This document shows, piece after piece, positions 38,102 to 45,963 of a stretch of DNA of 64,000 nucleotides (position 1 is its first letter; each line of letters starts with the position of its first letter). The notes below the pieces were generated by a model. The model saw only the letters and a program-made list of their open reading frames with translations. It did not search any database and was not told the origin of the DNA. Location: positions 39,355 to 103,354 of the forward strand of contig CALUJE010000005.1 of NCBI GenBank assembly GCA_944320885.1, in the 5' to 3' direction. This DNA is from an uncultured Phocaeicola sp. (GTDB lineage Bacteria > Bacteroidota > Bacteroidia > Bacteroidales > Bacteroidaceae). The position numbers and the translations under genes were made by a program.

Positions 38102-39391
38102 TTAATAGTTCTTGAATTTAAGATAGATAATGGAAAGCACTCCAAGCAATATTACATATAAGTATTCTGCTGTCCAATATACAGACAGGGATGTGCTGAA
38201 ATTGTTTATCGTCCATAAATAAATCTGGTAGGCTATAATGGTTACAGCTTGGAAAATGAAAGTTGTACGTGTGGCACCTGTCCCTGTGACAGCATTCATA
38301 TATACATAACCAGGTAAGGCAAAGGCATAATTCAAAAGAGCTACTGTAAATGGTAGCTGTGCTATTTGCATTAGGCTCTCATTATCCGAATAAATATTGA
38401 AAAGTGGATTGAAACAGATTATAGAAAGGATAATAAGTGGGAATCCCACGGCGTATCCCAAACTGATAACCCGGTTACATAACGGGAAAATCTGATTCTT
38501 TTGTCCTGCTCCCAACAGATTACTTACCAATGAGCCGGTTGTTGCTGCCAATGAATTGACAATAACAAAAAACAAGGTAGATATGCTGCGTATGACATTT
38601 GTCGCTGCCAGTTCCAACTCGCCCAAATGTTCAATGGCTACGAAGAAGGCAAACCATGAGGCTACACCAATAAACGGATTGAACGTGCTCCAGATAGATA
38701 CACGGCAGACATGATGGAATATGTTTTTATTAAACTGCCAGTTCAGACCATAAACCTTTCTGTCCATTTTTCGTAAAACATGGATAGACAATATTATTAA
38801 TGAGCACAATTCTGCAAATGAAGATGCTATAGCAGCACCGGCTATTCCCATATCGAAATAAAATATGAGAAGCCAATTACAAGGTATATTCACTAATACT
38901 GCAGTGAAGGCTGCTTTGTTCAAGGGCTTTGTAAGTGTGATACCGACCAGAAAAGATCGCAATGCGAGAAATGGAAATGAAAACATCAATCCCCAAATGC
39001 GCCAGTCCAAATAGTCTATAATAGCAGAATATACTTTCTCAGATGCAATCAGATTGCTCAGAATCATGGGAGATAATATTTTAGAAATAGCGCACAGTAG
39101 AACTGCTAAACCCGACAGAAAAAGCAGTCCTTGAAAGAATGTCCTACCTGTTTCTGAATATTGTTGTTCGCCATTACGCCGTGCAATGACAACCTGTAAA
39201 CCTATACTGAATCCGAAACCGAGCATATAAATGGCAAGGTACCAGATTCCGGCGAGTGCAGATGCCCCCAATTCTATTTCACCAACATGACCTAAGAAGA
39301 TAGCATCAGTTATATTAATAAGTTGTTCGATAAGGATGCTCATCATAACCGGAAAGTTGATGAGCCATATGTTTTTATATGTATAATTCAT
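38102..39391 (-). CDS. MATE family efflux transporter (AT-rich copy)
   Basis: 429 aa, about 12 TM segments. N-terminal motif LINITDAIFLGHVGEIELGASAL and ARRNGE loop. Paralogous to 40521-41843. Confidence 0.9.
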   Translation of the reverse strand: MNYTYKNIWLINFPVMMSILIEQLINITDAIFLGHVGEIELGASALAGIWYLAIYMLGFGFSIGLQVVIARRNGEQQYSETGRTFFQGLLFLSGLAVLLCAISKILSPMILSNLIASEKVYSAIIDYLDWRIWGLMFSFPFLALRSFLVGITLTKPLNKAAFTAVLVNIPCNWLLIFYFDMGIAGAAIASSFAELCSLIILSIHVLRKMDRKVYGLNWQFNKNIFHHVCRVSIWSTFNPFIGVASWFAFFVAIEHLGELELAATNVIRSISTLFFVIVNSLAATTGSLVSNLLGAGQKNQIFPLCNRVISLGYAVGFPLIILSIICFNPLFNIYSDNESLMQIAQLPFTVALLNYAFALPGYVYMNAVTGTGATRTTFIFQAVTIIAYQIYLWTINNFSTSLSVYWTAEYLYVILLGVLSIIYLKFKNY

Positions 39392-39656
39392 TGTTCAGCA
39401 TGATAAAATACAACAAGTTCTGTCAACTGGTGACATAACTTATTTGTAAAGTAATTATTTGATATAATGGCAAAATAAAGAAATACAGATCTGTATAATA
39501 AGTCTGTATATTAACAATAGCTTGAATTGAGAATGCTATCTTTTATGCGTAGCTATATGCACAATTGCCATTTCATGTAGTTGAACAATCTTTGTTTTTA
39601 ATATCCTAGGTACAAAGGTAATAAAAATAGAAATAGATTAATGCTTTTCTGTATTT

Positions 39657-40223
39657 TTATAATCTTCCATTGTCATTCCATTCTCCGTAAAGAAGTCCTT
39701 TTCGGGTATTTTCTATGAATTTGTTCAGGCGACTTTCAAAAAGTTCGGGTTGGTTCCTCTTGATTTGGATGGTATCAATCCTGATTCTCTTGTATAAATC
39801 AGGAAATTGGCAGAAGTTGTTCCACACTAACGGATCGGATTGTAGCCTGTGTAATATATCCTTGTCTATGGTAAAACCATTGGGCGACATATCCGGCAGA
39901 ACAGCTCTTCCGGCATCTGTCATCAGTCCTAATCGTTCCATTCTTCGGCATCTTTCTTTATTGAGTTCGGACCAATTGCTTCTTGGCTTTCTGGGGCAAA
40001 GTTTCTGGGCTGTTACATCTTCTGCTATTTTCTTAGTGGTACTGTCTATCCAACCGAAGCATAAGGCTTCTTCTACAGCATCAATATACCAGAAAGTATT
40101 GTCATCTGTAGGTCTTCCGCGTTTCACCACTACCCAGCATTCTTTCTCTGTTTTATGGTTGTTAATAAGCCATTCACGCAGTTCGGTTCTTGATTTGACA
40201 TCCAGTAAGTTATGTATTTCCAT
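39657..40223 (-). CDS. ydeI: YdeI/OmpD-associated family protein
   Basis: REWLINNHKTEKECWVVV...ALCFGWIDS...SNWSELNKERC, the typical pattern of this family. Confidence 0.8.
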   Translation of the reverse strand: MEIHNLLDVKSRTELREWLINNHKTEKECWVVVKRGRPTDDNTFWYIDAVEEALCFGWIDSTTKKIAEDVTAQKLCPRKPRSNWSELNKERCRRMERLGLMTDAGRAVLPDMSPNGFTIDKDILHRLQSDPLVWNNFCQFPDLYKRIRIDTIQIKRNQPELFESRLNKFIENTRKGLLYGEWNDNGRL

Positions 40224-40241
40224 TGTCTGTTATCTTAGTTG

Positions 40242-40249
40242 CAAAGATA
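40242..40249 (-). promoter_or_regulatory. Candidate -7 box (TATCTTTG on the minus strand) for ydeI
   Basis: Matches TAnnTTTG. About 19 nt upstream of the ATG at 40223. Confidence 0.4.
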
Positions 40250-40472
40250 ATCAACTTCTTTGACTATGTTTTTATACAGCCATTTTTTAATTCAGCTTTC
40301 CCTCGGCCAATACTTCACGACAAAGGCTCTTGATTAGTTTCAGTTAAGTGAAAATTTATTTTCCCTTTGCTGAAACTTTTGTTTCACGCCGTGAAACGTA
40401 TGCTGGGAAGCAGTCCGCCGTTTGCGTGGTATCTGGTGGCAGCGGAAAGCGGCTTTTTCGCTGAAAAATTGC

Positions 40473-40480
40473 TACCTTTG
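40473..40480 (+). promoter_or_regulatory. Candidate -7 box (TACCTTTG) for the MATE gene at 40521
   Basis: Matches TAnnTTTG. About 41 nt upstream of the ATG. Confidence 0.4.
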
Positions 40481-40520
40481 TACGTCTGTTTTTGTTATTT
40501 AATAAAATCATTTTGTTATT

Positions 40521-41843
40521 ATGTATACGAATAAGGAGATATGGAATGTTACCTGTCCGATATTTCTGGGACTGCTTGCGCAAAATGTAATCAATGTGAC
40601 AGATACGGCGTTTTTAGGACACGTGGGCGAAGTGGCTTTGGGAGCGGCGGCTATGGGAGGATTGCTGTATATTTGTGTTTATACGGTAGCCTTCGGTTTC
40701 AGCGTTGGTTCACAGATTCTGATGGCACGCCGCAACGGTGAAGGAAACTATCGTGCGGTAGGGCCTATCATGTGGCAGGGTACGGCTTTCAGTCTGGCTA
40801 TGGCCGTATTGCTTCTGGCGGTCATGTCTTTCTGTGCAGCTCCGCTGATTCGTATGCTGATAACTTCGGATGTTATTTATGAAGCAACCTACGAGTTCTT
40901 CACATGGCGAATATGGGGCGTACTGTTTTCGTTTGTCAACGTGATGTTCCGTGCCCTGTATATCGGTATAACCCAGACGCGTGTACTTACGCTGAGTGCG
41001 GTGGTAATGGCTGTGGTCAATGTATTTCTTGACTATGTGCTGGTGTTTGGCGAATGGGGATTCCCGGAAATGGGAGTGAAGGGAGCTGCTTTGGCATCAG
41101 TCATAGCCGAGGCTTCGTCGGTTATTTTCTTCTTTGTGTATACTTATTGCAAGATTGATCTTAAGAAATACCAGCTCGACCGTTGGGGAGTATTGGATTT
41201 AAATCTGATTTTCCGTATCTTGCGCATATCCTGTTTCACAATGGTGCAGTATTTCCTGGCTTTGGCCATCTGGTTCGTGTTCTTTATGGCGTTGGAGCGG
41301 TTAGGACAGCGTCAGCTTGCCATCGCCAATATAGTACGCAGTGTGTATATCGTGTTGCTCATTCCGGTACAGTCACTGGCTACTACGGCCAATACGCTGG
41401 TGAGCAACCTGATAGGCTCGGGCGGAACATCGAAAGTTGTTGCATTGTTGCATAAGATAGCCAGAATATCTTTCTGTATTATGATAGTCTGTGTGTTGCT
41501 TTGCGTTATGTTTCCCGATGCCATCCTGTCAATCTACACCAATGATGGAACGTTGCTCGATGAGTCGGTTTCGGCACTGTATGTGGTTTGTGCTTCCATG
41601 CTTATTGCTGCCTTTGCGAATATTTACTTCAATGGTATCTCAGGTACCGGAAACACGCAGGCAGCCCTGGTACTGGAGCTTTTCATACAGGCCTTTTATG
41701 CCCTTTATATCTTTATAGTGGGCATGTGGCTTCAGGCGCCGGTAGACATCTGTTTTACTACAGAAGTGGTTTATTACATTCTTATGCTTTCGGCCAGTCT
41801 GCTGTATTTGAAAAAGGCCCGTTGGCAGAACAAGAAAATTTAG
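40521..41843 (+). CDS. MATE family efflux transporter (GC-normal copy)
   Basis: 440 aa, about 12 TM segments. VINVTDTAFLGHVGEVALGAAAM and ARRNGE loop. Confidence 0.9.
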   Translation: MYTNKEIWNVTCPIFLGLLAQNVINVTDTAFLGHVGEVALGAAAMGGLLYICVYTVAFGFSVGSQILMARRNGEGNYRAVGPIMWQGTAFSLAMAVLLLAVMSFCAAPLIRMLITSDVIYEATYEFFTWRIWGVLFSFVNVMFRALYIGITQTRVLTLSAVVMAVVNVFLDYVLVFGEWGFPEMGVKGAALASVIAEASSVIFFFVYTYCKIDLKKYQLDRWGVLDLNLIFRILRISCFTMVQYFLALAIWFVFFMALERLGQRQLAIANIVRSVYIVLLIPVQSLATTANTLVSNLIGSGGTSKVVALLHKIARISFCIMIVCVLLCVMFPDAILSIYTNDGTLLDESVSALYVVCASMLIAAFANIYFNGISGTGNTQAALVLELFIQAFYALYIFIVGMWLQAPVDICFTTEVVYYILMLSASLLYLKKARWQNKKI

Positions 41844-41878
41844 TTGGTAATGTTTTGAATTTTGAGTTTTAATAGAAT

Positions 41879-43201
41879 ATGAAAGAAATAAAATGTCCTA
41901 AATGTCAGAGTGTTTTCCAGGTTGATGAGGCTGATTATGCTTCAATCGTCAGCCAGGTGAAGAATGCGGAGTTCAACGCCGAAATCAAACGGAGAATAGA
42001 GGAGCTTGAAAGGCAATATCAGGCCGAGCAGCGCGTCAATATCCTGAAGTCGGAACAGACTTTGAAAGACAGACTTTCTGCCCAGGAGCTGGAGATGGGA
42101 AAGAAGGAAAATGAGATAGAGCAGCTGAAAGCTCAAATCAGAAACATGTTACAGACCAAGCAGCTGGAATTGGGAACGGAACTGGCCAAGAAGAATGAGG
42201 AGATTATGCAGCTGAAGGCTACCATAGCTCAAAGCAGGAATGCCTGTCAGATAGCCGTGCTTGAGGAACAGCGCAAGTCGCAGGAAGCCATAAGGGAAAA
42301 GGAAAACAGAATCGTTGAGCTGACAGGACGGGTGAATCTGGAGAAGAATGAGGCTGCCTTGCGTGAAAACAGTCTGAAAAAGGAATTCGAAATCCAGTTG
42401 CGTCAGAAGCAGGAAGAGGTGAATTATTATAAAGACCTGAAGACAAAGATGTCGACAAAGATGGTGGGAGAGACGTTGGAAATTCATTGCAGTACGGAGT
42501 TCAACCGTATGCGTCCGCTTTTCCCGAATGCCTATTTTGAGAAGGACAACGATGCTTCGGGCGGAAGCAAGGGCGATTTTATCTTCAGAGACTATGACGA
42601 TGGATTTGAATACATCTCCATCATGTTTGAGATGAAAAACGAGATGGACGAAACGGCTACCAAGCATAAGAATGAAGACTTCCTGAAGAAGCTGGATGAC
42701 GACCGCAAGTCGAAGAAATGCGAATATGCCGTGCTGGTATCTCTGCTCGAACCGGAAAGCGAGTTGTATAATTCCGGCATCGTCGACATGTCACACCGTT
42801 ATCCCAAGATGTACGTCATACGTCCGCAGTTCTTCATGCCGCTTATTACCTTGTTGGTACAGACCTCGAAGAAGAGTATCGAATATCAGAAGCAGTTGGC
42901 CGTGGCACGCAGTCAGTCGGTGGATGTGACAAATTTTGAGAATCAGTTGAATGAGTTCAAGGAAAAGTTTGCCAATAACTACCGTCTGGCCAGTGAGAAG
43001 TTCAAGACGGCCATTGACGAGATAGACAAATCCATTCTTCACCTTCAGAAGATAAAAGACGCGCTGGTGGGCTCGGAGCGAAACCTTCGTCTGGCCAATG
43101 ATAAGGCCGACGGACTTACCATCAAGAAGCTTACCCGTGACAATCCTACCATGAAGGCAAAATTTCAGGAAGCCCGTCTTATGAATGAATCACAAGACTA
43201 G
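41879..43201 (+). CDS. DUF2130 family protein: Zn-ribbon, long coiled coil, PD-(D/E)xK-like C-terminal domain
   Basis: [12 protein letters not shown] at the N-terminus, about 150 aa of heptad repeats, then GDFIFRDY...[10 protein letters not shown] (a D...ExK pattern). Confidence 0.85.
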   Translation: MKEIKCPKCQSVFQVDEADYASIVSQVKNAEFNAEIKRRIEELERQYQAEQRVNILKSEQTLKDRLSAQELEMGKKENEIEQLKAQIRNMLQTKQLELGTELAKKNEEIMQLKATIAQSRNACQIAVLEEQRKSQEAIREKENRIVELTGRVNLEKNEAALRENSLKKEFEIQLRQKQEEVNYYKDLKTKMSTKMVGETLEIHCSTEFNRMRPLFPNAYFEKDNDASGGSKGDFIFRDYDDGFEYISIMFEMKNEMDETATKHKNEDFLKKLDDDRKSKKCEYAVLVSLLEPESELYNSGIVDMSHRYPKMYVIRPQFFMPLITLLVQTSKKSIEYQKQLAVARSQSVDVTNFENQLNEFKEKFANNYRLASEKFKTAIDEIDKSILHLQKIKDALVGSERNLRLANDKADGLTIKKLTRDNPTMKAKFQEARLMNESQD

Positions 43202-43233
43202 GCTAATATGATTGTCTGAGAGACAACAGACTG

Positions 43234-44193
43234 TTACAGGCTGTTGTTTCTCAGATACTCTCTGATGGATTCAATCAGTTTCATCGATTTGAAATCATTG
43301 CCTCCGAAGATAGCCATGCTGAAATTTTCTGCCAGCACTTCTTCCGGATTGATGACATAATCCGTATTACGGCCTACCTTGTCGAAAAAGTCAGTAGCGT
43401 CGGAAAGCTTGTATACTTTGGTCTTTCCGTTTTCCGATACCACTTTTCCGTCTTTTACGGGTAGCAGGCCGATAGTGAGGTATTCAAAAAAACTTCCTCC
43501 GTTATATGGTTTTGAAGAGAAGATAGCCATGGTGCAGTCGGTCGGTTTTCCCTGAATGTTGAATGTGGCATAGCTGTCAAAACGGTTCACGTCGGGATTG
43601 GTTATTCTCTTGTCGGCCAAATCGGCGGGAAACTCAAACTCCTTGTCGGCAATCTTGAATCCGATTAGCGCATACATGTCTTTTCTGAATGCCGGGCAGC
43701 GCCGGGTCAGGACATGAAACAGTTCGTGTGCCAGCAGCAGTTCTACGTCTTTGGGGTCCGATTTGTCCAGACCGCTCTGCAGAACGATGAAATCCTCGCG
43801 GGTGTATCCTCCGGCTCCTCCTTCTTCCATCATGGTGGTCTTCATCACCTTCACCTCCTCAGGCACAGGGAGGTTGTATCCTTCGGCAGTCACAATTCGG
43901 TTCAGTTTCTGCCATGCGTCCGATACGGCTTTCTTTTCGGCATCGGTCCAGTCCAATGCCTGTTCGGTCACGAACTTTACAAGTTCCCGTTTGTTTCCTC
44001 CTGTTTTTCCCAGTCGGGCATCGCAGTCAAACTGGCTCCATTGGTGCACCATGATATCGTCATGTCCTAGTAACTTTTCAGCCTCTTTCTTGTTACAGAA
44101 AACCAGTTCCAATTCATTCTTGCAGCTCCCGTATGCGTAGTTGCTTATCATGGCAATCAGGGCCATGAACCAGATTAGTTTCTTCATATTCAT
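43234..44193 (-). CDS. Secreted hypothetical protein with an HExxH zinc-metallopeptidase motif
   Basis: Signal peptide MKKLIWFMALIAMISNYAYG. LLAHELFHVLTR motif. No family recognised. Confidence 0.75.
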   Translation of the reverse strand: MNMKKLIWFMALIAMISNYAYGSCKNELELVFCNKKEAEKLLGHDDIMVHQWSQFDCDARLGKTGGNKRELVKFVTEQALDWTDAEKKAVSDAWQKLNRIVTAEGYNLPVPEEVKVMKTTMMEEGGAGGYTREDFIVLQSGLDKSDPKDVELLLAHELFHVLTRRCPAFRKDMYALIGFKIADKEFEFPADLADKRITNPDVNRFDSYATFNIQGKPTDCTMAIFSSKPYNGGSFFEYLTIGLLPVKDGKVVSENGKTKVYKLSDATDFFDKVGRNTDYVINPEEVLAENFSMAIFGGNDFKSMKLIESIREYLRNNSL

Positions 44194-44328
44194 AGTGGTT
44201 TAGGTATTGCTCTTTTTCGGAGTGCAAAGATAGCTCATATTCACTGATAGTGTATATGGGTGGTGCTTATTATTGTGAAAATGATGATAATACGGGGATT
44301 TTGATGTGGTCGGAAAACTGGATATCAG

Positions 44329-44415
44329 CGGAAAGACAGGGATTCGAACCCTGGGAACAGTTACCCGTTCACCGCATTTCGAGTGCGGCCCGATCGACCA
44401 CTCCGGCATCTTTCC
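44329..44415 (-). tRNA. tRNA-Ser (anticodon CGA)
   Basis: Minus strand GGAAAGATGCCGGAGTGGTCGA...CCGCA-CTCGAAA-TGCGG, long variable arm, T-arm CCAGGGTTCGAATCCCTG, acceptor TCTTTCC. Confidence 0.92.
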
Positions 44416-44475
44416 TTTGGGTGTTGCAAAATAAATACTTTTTCAGATTGGTTGTTACTTTTTTTATGACTTTTT

Positions 44476-44566
44476 TAAACCACGTGTGCTCTCGAAAAAA
44501 CGACGTGTGCTTTTCTTGAAGAGTACGCGTGCTTTTTTAAAAAGCATGGGTGCTTGCCGGAACACG
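44476..44566. repeat. Four phased 21-22-bp direct repeats with core ACGYGTGCT(TTT)
   Basis: Cores at 44482 (ACGTGTGCT), 44503 (ACGTGTGCT), 44525 (ACGCGTGCT) and 44546 (ATGGGTGCT). Each is preceded by an A-run and followed by a T-run. Confidence 0.75.
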
Positions 44567-44644
44567 GAAAAATGTATAGTATTTATTCTGTATTAAAGAT
44601 GTTATTTCTTGTTCAGTAGCAGTTTGCTATATGGAAGAAAAGTG

Positions 44645-44652
44645 TATATTTG
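44645..44652 (+). promoter_or_regulatory. Candidate -7 box (TATATTTG) for hflX
   Basis: Matches TAnnTTTG. About 34 nt upstream of the ATG at 44686. Confidence 0.4.
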
Positions 44653-44685
44653 CATCTGTCAAAAAATGTATATTATAGGTATAGA

Positions 44686-45951
44686 ATGAAAGAATTTGTG
44701 ATATCAGAAGCGCAGACTGAAAAGGCTGTGCTGGTGGGCTTGATTACGCGTTTGCAGGATGAGCGCAAAACGAATGAATATCTTGATGAACTTGAGTTCC
44801 TGGCCGATACTGCCGGAGCACAGGTTGTAAAACGTTTTACACAGAAACTGGATACTCCCAATTCTGTGACTTATATAGGTAAAGGTAAGTTGGATGAGAT
44901 ACGGGAATATCTGGCTTCGTTCGAAGAAGATCCCGAAAATGAAATCGGTATGGTGATTTTTGACGATGAATTGTCGGCAAAACAAATCAGAAATATTGAG
45001 AAAGAACTGAAAGTGAAGATTCTGGACCGTACGTCACTTATTCTTGATATATTTGCCATGCGGGCACAGACAGCCAGTGCCAAGACACAGGTGGAACTGG
45101 CACAATATAAATACATGCTTCCACGATTGCAACGTTTGTGGACTCACCTTGAACGTCAGGGAGGTGGTTCCGGTAGCGGAAAAGGAGGCTCGGTTGGTCT
45201 GCGTGGACCGGGTGAAACCCAGCTGGAAATGGACCGTCGTATCATTTTGAACCGGATGTCACTGCTTAAACAGCAGCTTGCTGAGATTGACCGTCAGAAG
45301 TCTACTCAGCGCAAAAACCGCGGACGGTTGATTCGTGTGGCACTGGTAGGATATACCAATGTGGGAAAATCTACATTGATGAATCTGTTGGCCAAGAGTG
45401 AAGTGTTTGCCGAGAACAAGCTTTTTGCTACACTCGATACTACCGTACGAAAGGTGATTATAGAGAATCTGCCCTTCCTCTTGTCGGATACCGTAGGATT
45501 TATCCGTAAGTTGCCGACCGATTTGGTCGATTCGTTCAAATCAACACTCGACGAGGTGCGTGAGGCTGATTTGCTGGTGCATGTGGTAGATATATCACAT
45601 CCTGATTTTGAGGAGCAGATTAAGGTCGTAGAAAAAACTTTGGCCGATTTGGGATGTGCCGAAAAACCGATGATTCTGGTGTTCAACAAGATTGATGCGT
45701 ATACTTATGTCAAGAAAGATGAGGATGACCTTACTCCCAAGACTAAGGAAAACATTACGCTTGAAGAACTGATGCAGACCTGGATGGCCAAGATGAGCGA
45801 TAACTGCATATTTATTTCTGCACGTAACAAGGTGAATATGGACGAACTGAAGACAATGTTATATAAGAGGGTAAAAGAATTGCATGTGCAGAAATATCCA
45901 TATAATGATTTTCTTTACCAGACTTATGATGAAGAAGAAACGGAAAAATAA
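44686..45951 (+). CDS. hflX: GTPase HflX
   Basis: HflX N-domain, then GPGETQLE, G1 GYTNVGKST, DTVGF, NKID. Start at MKEFVISEAQ is preferred over the ORF maximum at 44650. Confidence 0.93.
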   Translation: MKEFVISEAQTEKAVLVGLITRLQDERKTNEYLDELEFLADTAGAQVVKRFTQKLDTPNSVTYIGKGKLDEIREYLASFEEDPENEIGMVIFDDELSAKQIRNIEKELKVKILDRTSLILDIFAMRAQTASAKTQVELAQYKYMLPRLQRLWTHLERQGGGSGSGKGGSVGLRGPGETQLEMDRRIILNRMSLLKQQLAEIDRQKSTQRKNRGRLIRVALVGYTNVGKSTLMNLLAKSEVFAENKLFATLDTTVRKVIIENLPFLLSDTVGFIRKLPTDLVDSFKSTLDEVREADLLVHVVDISHPDFEEQIKVVEKTLADLGCAEKPMILVFNKIDAYTYVKKDEDDLTPKTKENITLEELMQTWMAKMSDNCIFISARNKVNMDELKTMLYKRVKELHVQKYPYNDFLYQTYDEEETEK

Positions 45952-45963
45952 TTGTTTGAGAGT

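Noticed and set aside
39715-40263. 182-aa plus-strand ORF
   Set aside because: It is fully antisense to ydeI, which has clear family motifs and its own -7 box. The antisense product is Ser/Leu-rich with no motifs.
40441-40466. Imperfect hairpin CAGCGGAAAGC-G-GCTTTTTCGCTG upstream of the MATE gene, considered as a terminator or riboswitch element
   Set aside because: No U-run follows it on either strand, and it lies upstream of the candidate -7 box, so it would not be in the mRNA leader. It is kept only as context for the half-site cluster finding.
40224-40520. Search for an attR-type direct repeat of the tRNA-Ser(UGA) 3' end at the right border of the AT-rich block
   Set aside because: There is only a weak TCCCT...GCTGA resemblance (40362-40373), no better than chance. 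The island borders therefore remain inferred from composition only.
42149-42667. 172-aa minus-strand ORF inside the DUF2130 gene
   Set aside because: An antisense shadow ORF produced by the repetitive coiled-coil codons.
44200-44409. 69-aa minus-strand ORF
   Set aside because: It overlaps tRNA-Ser(CGA) and is a translation of the tRNA sequence.
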